A stretch of DNA of 64,000 nucleotides from Lama guanicoe (Eukaryota). The position numbers were made by a program, and so were the translations under genes. Positions 52,323-63,333 of this stretch are shown piece by piece. How positions within the stretch are numbered: position 1 is the stretch's first letter; every line of letters starts with the position of its first letter. The stretch spans positions 1,626,524 through 1,690,523 of the forward strand of contig MU053873.1 of assembly GCA_013239625.1 (NCBI GenBank). Direction: 5' to 3'. The notes beneath the pieces are model-generated. The model saw only the letters and a list, made by a program, of their open reading frames with translations, was not told where the DNA came from and ran no database searches.

Positions 52323-53959
52323 GCTGCTGTGTTCCCTGTCCCATCTTCATATACAAACTCAGGCTCTGCTCTTTTCTCTTCTTTTATAAACTTCCTGTTT
52401 GAGCTAATGGAAGACATTTTCTGAAATGCATACTTTTGTGCTTAGTCTGTTCACAGTTGCTGCAGCAGAAACAAATACGTGTCTCTGGAGGGCAAACGCC
52501 TTGGTCAGGTCGTCTTTACTCTTTTCGGTAATTTCCTTCCAGGCAGGGAAGGGCCTCATCAGCGATGCCCATTTTCTGAAATGGGTTTGTAGAACATTTA
52601 AACATGAGCATGACTTTGAATTTAATGTATCAGCCAATTAAAATTCAGATGCTTTTTTGGTTATAAACAGATTCGTAATGAGCTTATTTGTGCTCTAGCT
52701 GAGCACCTGTTTGAGAATTTAGCACCAGTGACAGGACCTGTGCACAGACCTGTGCGTTTTGAGGGCTGAGAGGAAAGAAGTTGAACTCTGGACGTCAAGG
52801 GTAGGGAAGAAAGGCGCTTTTTGCAAAGATTATGAAAGTTATATGCTTGTGGAAATGTTTTATCACGGCGGGCTATTTTATATATGGAAAATAATTTCCA
52901 CAAGCACCTGCTTCTGGGAAAATGGAAGAAGAGGGTCCCCTAGAGCCAGATCAGAGCCAGATTTCCCAGGGGTCTCAGTCCCCAACCTGTGATTAACAAG
53001 TGCCGAGAAGATCTGTGTCGGAGAATATGCTACGTTAGCTGGTATCAGTTCCCAAGGACATCTGCTTTTCTCTTGAATGATTTCATTTGTAATCATGAAA
53101 ATCCTAAGATAGCACTGTGATTTCTTTACAGATGCTTAACTCAGACTTTCAAGTGTGTGGTAGTCATTGCCAGCAGCTGGATTGATCTTGGGGTTGTTTA
53201 TGAAGTCGGAAATGAGTTCTTAGATGAAAAAGAATCATTGAATAATGTAGTGTCAAGGCTGGAAGGGGCTGTGGTGGTCACTGAGGCCAACTCCTTACTC
53301 AGCAGAAGCCAGCGTGGAGTAGGCCTTGCTGACAGCCAAGTCAGTGTCAGAGTGAGGATCAGAACGATCTCAGTCTCACACAGACTCCCGGGCCAGTGCT
53401 TGTTCTGCTTTTAATTATCAAAATTAATATCATATTTTGAGACAATAGATGAAGCATGTAAGAATGTCATCTGTAGCTTCTGTTTGTATGAAGTTTGAAC
53501 AGGCATCAGCCACATGCACACACTGTTGTCCTATTTCTCTCATGACTGCTTGTGCATCCTGGAGCATCCTGTCCTTATCAGTGAGTGGTGATTATAGGGG
53601 TTCGACAGAGTGGGAGCCCCAAGACTTGAAAGGAAGGCTACTCCCTGAGATTTAATTATAAATGACCATGAAATAGATTGAGGCCAGGAGTATGCGGAGC
53701 TGCTTCAGCAGACAGAAAGGCACTTAGGTTAAACCATACCTGACCACAAGTATTGCATATCCAAGGCAAGTGGTAGAGGGGAGTGGTTGGCCAGCACTGA
53801 AAACACAAAAAGGGGAGAATAAGCAGGGCGGACTCTTGCAGAACCCAGTTCTGACACTGTGCAGAGGGAGAGGGACTTGCTCCCATTGGCAGGCTCTTCC
53901 CGTGGTAGACTCACAGCCATTAGGCTCTTGTCCTTCCTGCCTTCTCTTCCATCCATGAA

Positions 53960-54260
53960 GGCTCGAGTGCCGACTGTGTGCTGTGTACACTACAGATTGG
54001 GACATTAGTGGTGAATGGGGCAGGTATAGCTCCTGCTCTCAGGGAACTGAAAGAAAGTAAACAACAGGGCATATACAATCTGTTAGTTAAAGTCGTGATT
54101 TAAGTGCTTAAATGAAAATGCAGGGTGTAATGAGAATGTATGCAGGAGTACGGAAACCTATGCCTGGAGCTGGGGGCTTTCTTGAGGAGGGGATGTTGAT
54201 GCTGAGCCCAGAAAGGTGACAGGAAATAAACCAGAGGCGGGCCGCCCCGGGCAGGATGTG
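53960..54260 (-). mobile_element. L2 remnant
   Basis: gtggtgaat ... ctcctgctctcagggaact ... gggctttcttgaggagg ... gctgagcccagaaaggtga. Confidence 0.55.
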
Positions 54261-55349
54261 TAGGGCCTTCAGTAACCCTCGGTGGGGAGGCCTCTCAGCT
54301 GGTCCCCCTGCCTTCCCTTGTTCAGTCCCTGCTTCTTGTCAGACTTTCTGAATATCATTTGGCTTCTCATGACATCTGCTTGCAGATAGAAAATGTACAT
54401 AATAAACTGGCATCCTGGTTTGTACAGCTCTGTGACCTTGGTTAATGAAAGTGAGCTCCCAAGAGGCGAAGCCTCTCTGAACACATTAACAACATCAGAT
54501 TTTCAAGCTTGTGAGGCCATAGTCAGTCCAGAGCTTGAACTGAGATGAGATCATGAAGGGACCGGGTGTGCAACACCTGCTGCCTGAAACCTCTGCACGT
54601 GTGGAGGAGCTCTCCGTGCGCGTCTCCGTTCCTGCGACGCGGTGGCCACATCCCGGTCGTCTCGGTTCAAACAAGCTGTGGATAGGACTTGGCGTGGGTG
54701 AAAACGCAGATTTCTCTTGATCCCAATTCTCATGTATCTAGGTTAAAATTCATCCTAAGAAGGAAGGGGGTTTACCCTTTGACTCTTCCCACCACCCCTC
54801 CATGGACACCATGGTTTTAACTCCGAACTCTTGTGCCTAAGCAGTTCTTTTATCTGATACTGGAGGTTGACTAAGTCTGCTTCCAGGTGCCTTTTGAATT
54901 AAAAAAAAAATGACTGGAGTTATAGTTCAGCTCTTCATCAGTGGCAGGGAGAGAGGAAGCATGGTAACTGGCTTCCCCACTTCACTCTTTTCCCCTCTCC
55001 CCTGTACAGGAAGCTGACAAGTTAGGGTGAGGCCTCAGGGGTCTCTAGGGTGTTGGTGGCTTGCATCAGTTTGGAGGAACACCCTCCGTGGCTTCTATCC
55101 CCAGTTTCAACTGCCAGAAATGAGGTCTTTCCTATTGCTTTGGACTAGTCTTATTAGATATTTGCTAATATTCTGTGAGCTTAAACTCAGGTTCTTGGTT
55201 ATGATATTTAAATTGAATACTTCAGTGTCACAGTTTGAATTTACTAAAATGGAGTTTTTGTGAGACATTGGTTTCTGCCTCACAGTTTCATGAAAATATT
55301 TCAATAACAGATAAATTATTTTTATCTATAAAATTAATAAATATTTTTA

Positions 55350-56060
55350 AAGCATGGATATAGTGAACAGTCTCATACCCTAGGGATGTAAATTGGTTTA
55401 GCCTTTCTAAAAATAATACACCAATTTTAAGAAAAATCTTAAAACCCTTTGATCCTAAAATTCTCATTTTAGAAATGGAATAAAGATGTATACATAGGAA
55501 TATTTATAATAGTTCTAAATATTATAGAAAAATAAAAAACAACCTAACTATCCATAATAATTGAATGTCAGATTATTTTATATCCAATATAATATTATGT
55601 TGCAATTAGAATTATATTTACGGAGAATTTTTATTTTTTGGAAGGGGTAGATAATTATGTTTATTTAATTATTTTTAATGGAGGTCCTGGGGATTGAACC
55701 CAGGACCTTGTGCATGCTAAGCATGCACTCTACCACTGAGCTATATACCCTCCCTCCAACAGAGAATTTTTAATCACATAGTCAGATGTTTGTTTCAAAA
55801 TATTAAGTGAAAAAGTAGGATTAGAATTACTGTATATAGTATAATTTACTATATTTAAAACTTTGTAATACATACAAAATACTGATGAAAAGTAAGAAAA
55901 AAAAATTCCTTGGAAGAAAATAGGCCATAGTGTTAATGGTAGTTATAGGTGGATGATGGAATTACAGATGCTTAGTATTTTATTCTTTATGCTTTTCCTT
56001 ATTTTCAGTTTTTTTTACAATGAACATATATTATTTTTAAAACCATAAATAAATAGCCAT
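55350..56060 (+). mobile_element. Decayed L1ME-like 3' fragment (host of the SINE at 55634-55758)
   Basis: gggatgtaaattggtttagcctttct ... acctttgatcc-like ... aaaacaacctaa; very AT-rich. Confidence 0.55.
55634..55758 (-). mobile_element. tRNA-derived SINE, camelid Vic-1 type
   Basis: Reverse complement GGGAGGGTATATAGCTCAGTGGTAGAGTGCATGCTTAGCATGCACAAGGTCCTGGGTTCAATCCCCAGGACCTCC has A and B boxes and an A-rich tail. TSD gagaattttta at 55623-55633 and 55762-55772 (14 bp if one mismatch is allowed). Confidence 0.88.
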
Positions 56061-56202
56061 GAATAAACACTCTGTAATTCAAAGGGAGAGGAAAAAGACC
56101 TTTCTGTAATTTCAATTTACAGAAAATAAAATCCAAGTTTTGGAGCCTGGCACCATGATCTAGCTCTAGGAAGTTGGTGGACATAAATCTGCTGGTCCTA
56201 GT

Positions 56203-56345
56203 GGTGGGGTGAGGCATGGCTCAGGGTAGAGTGCACGCTTAGCAGGCACGAGGTCCTGGGTTCAGTCCCCAGTACCTCCACTGAAAAAGTAACTAAATAA
56301 ATAAACCTAATTACCTCCCCCCTGCAAAATAAAAAAGTTAAAAAA
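56203..56345 (+). mobile_element. tRNA-derived SINE, camelid Vic-1 type
   Basis: GGCTCAGGGTAGAGTGCACGCTTAGCAGGCACGAGGTCCTGGGTTCAGTCCCCAGTACCTCC followed by aaataaataaacctaattacctcccccc and an A-rich tail; same family as the previous SINE. Confidence 0.88.
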
Positions 56346-56479
56346 GATCTGGTCTTTAGACTCCAGCTCTCATTCCTCATCCTGGCCCATGAGTCCTTGC
56401 GACCTGGCCTCTGTCTGCGCCCTGGGTGGCACCTCTCGTCCTTCTTCAGCATGGCGTCTCCCTGTAGCCGCCCCAGCCT

Positions 56480-57075
56480 CCTTTCACTGCCTGGGGTTTA
56501 CCACCACCTTCCCCACCTTCAAGTTTGCACACGCCCTTCCTTCTCTCTGTAAAGTTCTGCCTGCTACTCTTGGAATGGCTGTTTCCTTCTCATTCTTCAA
56601 GTTCTTGCTTAAATGGTAATGCCTTAGAAAGGCCTTTCAGAAGCTTTGTCAGGTTCATTTACCACTTCATACCCAGGCCCTCAGGCAGTCCTGCAACATA
56701 GTAGATGTTTATTAAATGTGTGAGTGAACAACCAGTTGATTCTCTGAATGAAAGAAGTCCTTTTCCTGTCTCCCAGACTGTCCTTCTGCTTTTCCTGTGA
56801 TAGTCTGCTCACCCCGAAGAGCCCTGTTCAAATCTCACATTGTTCCCATCAGGACCACTCCATCCCTGTAAGTCCAAATCAGGTTTTTGCTCCTCTCTGT
56901 GGTCCCTTATAATAGCACTATTTCATTCTTCCTTGTTCGTAACCACCTGGTTTGTGTGTCTTCCCAAGCAGATGGTGATGCCACACAGATCAGGTGCAGT
57001 GAGTGTCCTTCCTTCTGATTCTCACTGTTTCACACAGTGCCTGGCCCATAGTGAGACGTCAGTAAAGTTGAAACC
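56480..57075 (+). mobile_element. L2 fragments
   Basis: ccttctcattcttcaagttcttgcttaaatg ... acacagtgcctggcccatagt. Confidence 0.5.
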
Positions 57076-59660
57076 TAGTCACCAGAAGATGTGCTGTGAG
57101 CAGATTCTCTGTTCATGCCGGGCTGGCTTACTGATTCTCTTTTTCTAGTGGATGTAAAATGCACTGTGTGCCCCTAGAAATTGAGTCTCTGTGCCTTGGG
57201 GAACACCTTCATTCAATTACCCACAGCCTGGCCATGATATCCTTGTTATTCCGCAGACCATTTTTGCTCTCCTTAATGGCATCTTGCTGCTGAAAGGAAG
57301 TACAATGCTACAAAGGAGTTTCTGAAAATGGATTTTTAAATAAAAAGAACTGCTTTTATTAAGTGTTTAATAAGAACTTCCAGTCCCTTCCTCCCAGATC
57401 AAAAGAGGCATAGATTGAAACCACTGTATAGAACATGAACTCCCATCAGGGAGATGTTATGAATTTCAAAACATATCTTCAGTTTTGAATTCTGATATTT
57501 AGCCAGAGTCTTGCTGCTTCCTGGGCACCTGGGACAGTGCAGTGGCACTTTGGGAATGCTTAGCTAACTGGTTAGAAAACTAGCAGGGCTGTGCTCAATA
57601 GTAGGTCACATCTGAAAGGTGTGCTTCCGCAGGGGTTTCAAATAGATTGCAATTGTAGGCTGCCCTTGTAATAGGGTAACTATTCCTTCGTTGTAAATGA
57701 GTATTAAACCTTGATAAACTACAGCTGTTATTTTTTTCTTTTGATGCTTTTCTGTATTTCTAAATTTTCTACAGTGAAAGTTACTTTTATAGTCAAATGT
57801 ATTTCCTTATTTCAAAGCACGCAAGAGGAGGACCATCTGTCCTTTGCTAACAAGACTTGCAGTCTCTACAGCACAGTCTCTCTGCTCTGCCTCCTGAGGC
57901 TTACCTCTTTCTGGTGGGATCTGAAGCGGGGCCCCCTTTCTGGCGGGGTGGGTTTACCTGGCTGAATCTCCTACGTCCTGTCTTCCTGTGACATGGCTCG
58001 TTTCCAAAAGGCAGGCCTTGTCTCTGAGGTGATTTGCTCAGGCTCAGCTCTACCTGTTTGAGGGGATTAAAAAAAAAAAAAAAAGATGCTGCCAGGTGAG
58101 GGATTAGAGTACTTGAAGAGAAGCAGCTGCAGAAATGAGTGGAACGCATTGTGGACCCTGGTCCCGTGCCCCTGATTCCTGAATCTGGATTCCTTCCAAA
58201 AGTCTGAGTACAAAGTGAGAACAGAGGCTCTGGTAAGCTTCTTAGTGTAAGTCAGCAGCTTAGCAAGAAGGATAATTGTAGTTGGTCTTTTTGTATGACC
58301 TCCGAAATAACCTAAATTGAATCCCCCTTTGTATTTCTTGTGTACTTTTTAAAAGCAGAATTCTTGAAATCACTAGATATGAGTTTTCCCATTATACATG
58401 GAGGGGGCATAATCTGGTGAAGGGTAGAGTCAGCCTAAGACAAAAAGCAGTCACTAGTGATACTGGGAAAACTGTCGTGTGCCTATCATTCAGCAAGTTG
58501 GGGGGCCCCCGGGCCCGGGGCTGACACCCCGGCACCTGGGCCGCAGGGCAGGGGCCGTGTTGGTGGACATCATGAAGACCTGGCAGGGGCTCTATTGGAC
58601 ACCAGGCGTTTTTCTTTCACCTCCTGTCACAGATCCTCTGCTCATGGTCCCAAAGCTTGGAATGGCATTTCTGTTAGAGCAAGGGCTGGAGGAGAAGGGT
58701 CAGGATGAGTCCATTGACCAGTCTAGTCAGTGCTACCCTCTCAGTTCCACGTCAGCCATTGGCTGGCTGTTGCCATAACCAATTTTGTAAAAATTCTTTG
58801 AACTAATCAAATCTCAATATGTCTGGCTTTGTATATCTTGCCCTTTGCCCCCGTGAAATTCCCTGGCTTTTTATTTCTGATTGATTCTGTGCAGCTTTAT
58901 CTAAGAATCAATATTTAAGACATTTAATATATAGATCTTGACTTATCTTGCTTTGGGAAAATAACTCCAGTAGAGCCACCAGGCTGCTCACTGAACTGGC
59001 TAAAATAAGTATTGTTTTCATCCCATTTGTACTTTTATGATTTGAGCACAGTGGTAAGGAGGCCCTGTAGGGGTACCATCCTTGCCTGCCCCACCGCACC
59101 CGCACAGAGAGATGGGTTAGGTAGGGGTGATCATTGCTCGGGCTTCATGGCCTGTTCCCTTCAGCGTCTGATGGTGGACCATTTTCTGCTTGTATCTCTC
59201 CCTGCTTAACGCAGCACACACCAGGTGTGGGTGGGGCTCCAGTTTCGCTCATGGCTTCTCATCTTCCTCTTGCTCCCAAACCATGGGCATTACCCCTGCT
59301 CACACTTGATTATTAGACTTTCCCTTGGAAATGGAATCTTCCTCATGGGTGCGGGTCTACGGGCCTGGCCCAGTGTCTCACTTGATTTCTAGGCTTGACC
59401 TTCCCCGTCTATACGAGTGGCCCCCCTGGAAATCACCTCAAACTCAGCACATCCAAAGTCATACCTCTTCTCAGGGAGTGCCCCAATCTGGTTCTCCATT
59501 ATTTCCACTTTTCCTGTTTATTTGAAAGCCTCCATCTTTTCCCCCAAGTTCCTTAATTTTGAGGCCTTTAAATCACTTGTCCTTAAATTTCTGTCTCCTT
59601 TATTGATCTTTATTTAATCAGTCACTAAACTCTGTTAAAAATCTTACCCATTTGCTTCTT

Positions 59661-61014
59661 TTTTTTTTACATTTTTTACTGATTCATAATCATTTTACAG
59701 TGTTGTGTCAAATTCCAGTGTTCAGCACAATTTTTCAGTCATTCATGGACATATACACACTCATTGTCACATTTTTTTCTCTGTGATTTATCATAACATT
59801 TTGTGTATATTTCCCTGTGCTATACAGTGTAATCTTGTTTATCTATTCTACAATTTTGAAATCCCAGTCTATCCCTTCCCACCCTCTACCCCCCCCCGTA
59901 ACCACAAGTCTGTATTCTCTGTCCATGAGTCTATTTCTGTCCTGTGTTTATGCTTTGTTTTTGTTTGTTTGTTTGTTTTTGTTTTTTAGATTCCACATAT
60001 GAGCGATCTCATATGGTATTTTTCTTTCTCTTTCTGGCTTACTTCACTTAGAATGACATTCTCTAGGAGCATCCATGTTGCTGCAAATGGCATTATGTTG
60101 TCGGTTTTTATGGCTGAGTAGTATTCCATTGTATAAATATACCACCTCTTCTTTATCCAGTCACCTGTTGATGGACATTTAGGCTGTTTCCATGTTTTGG
60201 CTATTGTAAATAGTGCTGCTATGAACATTGGGGTGCAGGTGTCATCCTGAAGTAGATTTCCTTCTGGATACAAGCCCAGGAGTGGGATTCCTGGGTCATA
60301 TGGTAAGTCTATTCCTAGTCTTTTGAGGAATCTCCACACTGTTTTCCATAGTGGCTGCACCAAACTGCATTCCCACCAGCAGTGTAGGAGGGTTCCCCTT
60401 TCTCCACAGCCTCTCCAGCATTTGTCATTTTTGGATTTTTGAATGACGGCCATTCTGACTGGTGTGAGGTGATACCTCATTGTAGTTTTGATTTGCATTT
60501 CTCTGATAATTAGTGATATTGAGCATTTTTTCATGTGCTTTTTGATCATTTGTATGTCTTCCTTGGAGAATTGCTTGTTTAGGTCTTCTGCCCATTTTTG
60601 GATTGGGTTGTTTATTTTTTTCTTATTGAGTCGTATGAGCTGCTTATATATTTTGGAGATCAAGCCTTTGTCGGTTTCACTTGCAAAAATTTTCTCCCAT
60701 TCCATAGGTTTTCTTCTTGTTTTATTTCTGGTTTCCTTTGCTCTGCAGAAGCTTGTAAGTTTCATTAGGTCCCATTTGTTTATTCTTGCTTTTATTTCTT
60801 CTAGGAGAAAATTTTTGAAATGTATGTCAGATAATGTTTTGCCTATGTTTTCCTCTAGGAGGTTTATTGTATCTTGTCTTATGTTTAAGTCTTTAATCCA
60901 TTTTGAGTTGATTTTTGTATATGGTGTAAGGGTGTGTTCTAGCTTCATTGTTTTACATGCTGCTGTCCAGTTTTCCCAACACCATTTGCTGAAGAGACTG
61001 TCTTTATTCCATTG
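59661..61014 (-). mobile_element. Young 5'-truncated L1 (1354 bp) with perfect 14-bp TSD
   Basis: TSD cccatttgcttctt at 59647-59660 and 61015-61028; short poly-T, 3' UTR and an uninterrupted ORF2 C-terminus. Confidence 0.97.
59986..61014 (-). pseudogene. L1 ORF2p C-terminal fragment (about 342 codons, no stop or frameshift), including the CCHC motif
   Basis: [16 protein letters not shown]...[18 protein letters not shown]...[23 protein letters not shown]...HMRSLICGI* in ORF 59986..61308. Lacks the EN and RT domains. Confidence 0.93.
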
Positions 61015-62899
61015 CCCATTTGCTTCTTGAATCATCCTTTCTTGTCTCCTGCTCTGGACCAGGCTCTTATAAGGACATGTCCACGTGACCAGGCTGGCCT
61101 CCCTGCCTCCTGCCTCCTTCTCCTTCAGTACTTCTGGCCCTCTGCTGTCTGAGGAGTTTTCTAAAAGCTCCACTGTCGCCTGACTGCCCCGACGCACATC
61201 AGTCAGAGCCCACAGAGAACGGTGGTGGTTGAGGAGTACCTGAGATGAGCTGGTCACCAGGCCCCAGCCTTCCACACAGCTTGTTCCACTCGAGCTCCCA
61301 GAGGCCACCCCACTGCAGGCGGGGCCAGGTTCTTCCCCTTAGTGTGCATCTGCTTTCTTCTTCTGCCAGTGTGGGACCCCTGGAGTTCTATCCCCTGGGG
61401 CATTGCTTTTCCTGGAAGTCTTACGCACACATTGAAGGCAGGATTTGCTTACACAGGTGGATAGAAGCCAAAGAGGACGGAAGGTGTCAAGGAGACTTGT
61501 CAAAGTAGAGAATACCTGCTGGGAGCTGACCCACTCATGCTTTTCCCTTTTTTCTACCTCCAACCAGGATTTAGAAAAGTCTGAGCACACAGTATATAGA
61601 ACTCTGACGTATACTTGTTGGTTAACTAGAAGTAAGTAGAACAAATTGGCTCAGTCCCAGCGATGATGTCCCCAAATGCCAGAGTGAGGACTGGAGAGTA
61701 ATCATGTCTTATCTCTACATGACCAGCTCTTAACAGTGCCTGGTACCCGAGACCCTCAATGAATGTTCATAGGGTGAATGGATGAGTAAAGGAAGAAAGA
61801 GTGAACTGCTGGGGGTGGGAGGACCCCTTCTCCAAGTACTGTCAGTATGACATCATTCGTGTCAGGTCGGTGTGGCGTCACCAGTGTAGTGAAGCATGAT
61901 GCAATGATAACTTGTTTCAGTTATTTCTCATGTCCTTCTAGCTTTTTCCTTCCCACTTCCACCCTCCTCAACACTCAAAGAGGTGGACTTATCCAGATCA
62001 GATAATTAATGCAGACCTTGAACTAGCATCCACATTACAAAACCTGACCCCTAGGCTGGCACATGAAACTCTTCTGAGCCTCAGTAACACATTAAACTCG
62101 TTAAGGCTTCAAAAGTAATGAGATGTTCTTTCCTGGCTTTTGATAGACTTATGTTAATGCAGTGGACTGCTAATAAGCAGGGAGAGGCAGAGTTGATTTA
62201 AGGATCTGTCACTTCCAAAAACATACTGTCTGATGAGGACAAGTTATCATTGTGAACTTGTCTTTTTCTTTATTCCTGTGCATGCTGCTCATCTCCCTGC
62301 TAATTAGAGACCACAGGAAGTAACACTTCATTTTCTAGTGGCCCTCATAAAAGCTTCCTGCTTTCAGGAGGGACTGAGTGCCTTCCCGTCTCCGGAGTCG
62401 GCCCGTGGCTGCCCTGCGCTCGTTCCCCTGCCAGGACCTCCCGCAGGCCTGCTGCTGCCATGGCTTCAGTTCCTTTTCTGCGCCCTCACCTCCAGTCTCA
62501 CAGGTGGAGCAAGCAACAGTGGACACTTCCACCTGAAGCTAGAAGGTGGATTCACACATCCTATCCATGAAAGGATAAACCACGGGATAGCTTTCAGATC
62601 TCACACTAGGTTAATACATACGTTTACTAATTTAGGCTGATGAGGGTGCAACTATGTAGGTCACGTTTGGTTATCATCGTGAGATCAGAGACAGCCTTTC
62701 TCGAGATTAAATAGACTGAGTGACACACAGCATTAATTTCCTTTCCTTCAGCTACCCCCTCCAGACTTTCTTTTGGACTTGCTTCTCTGTGATGTTTTGG
62801 GTGACGCATCCCTGTGGAGAACTAAGAAATCACTTAGTGGTTGTTTCCAAGGCGCTCTTTGCTAGGTCTGGGTAGTTTTGCTGTCCTGGGCTTCCCCTG

Positions 62900-63120
62900 T
62901 TTCCTTCTGTCTCTGCATTTGTGTGCTTCGCTCTTGGCTGCCCCAATCACAGTAGTGTTCAGTAGTGTTTACCGTGTGGAGTTCATTTGGTAATGTCTCT
63001 CTCCCACTGGACTGGAGGTCCACTGAGGGCAGAGGCTGGGCCTGTCTGAATTCCTGTCAGTACAGTACCTGGAACGTGGTTGGCTCTCGGGAAGTAGTCA
63101 TTGAATAACTAAATGAAATG
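62900..63120 (+). mobile_element. L2 3' end remnant
   Basis: ctcccactggactggaggtccactgagggcag ... cagtacctggaacgtgg ... ttgaataactaaatgaa. Confidence 0.65.
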
Positions 63121-63305
63121 GATCTACCTTTTTTCAATATAAACACTGTTACTTCTTAGTTATGTTGATGTTGAAGCTAGGAAGGCTTCTGATCAATGCT
63201 AGAATTTGTCTGGCTATGAACAAGAAAAAAAATTTCCAAAGAAGGACACGAAGGGGACTAATATCAGAGTGAAAAGAGAGGGAAAAAGGAGGGTGGGGTG
63301 GGGAA

Positions 63306-63333
63306 TGTGTGTGTGTGTGCGCGCACGCGTGCG
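63306..63333. repeat. Alternating purine-pyrimidine tract (TG)n(CG)n
   Basis: tgtgtgtgtgtgtgcgcgcacgcgtgcg. Confidence 0.85.

Larger units (their letters stand above)
59150..61800 (+). mobile_element. Decayed L2, interrupted by the young L1 at 59661-61014
   Basis: cacctcaaactcagcacatccaaa, aatcagtcactaaactctgt | gaatcatcctttctt ... acagtgcctggtac ... caatgaatgtt ... gtgaatggatga. Confidence 0.55.

Noticed and set aside
55680..56285. Two tRNA genes
   Set aside because: The tRNA-like heads are followed by SINE bodies and A-rich tails, one has a TSD, and the acceptor stems are not intact.
56184..56356. TSD for the second SINE
   Set aside because: Only a partial gapped match (atctgctggtc vs atctggtc); not reliable.
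60488..61030. 180-aa hydrophobic membrane-like ORF (also 1153..1799 and 2848..3559)
   Set aside because: Standard antisense translation of T-rich L1 ORF2.
59986..61308. A 440-aa host protein-coding gene
   Set aside because: Most of it is L1 ORF2. The listed start is GTG and the N-terminal part is decayed L2 or flank read antisense.
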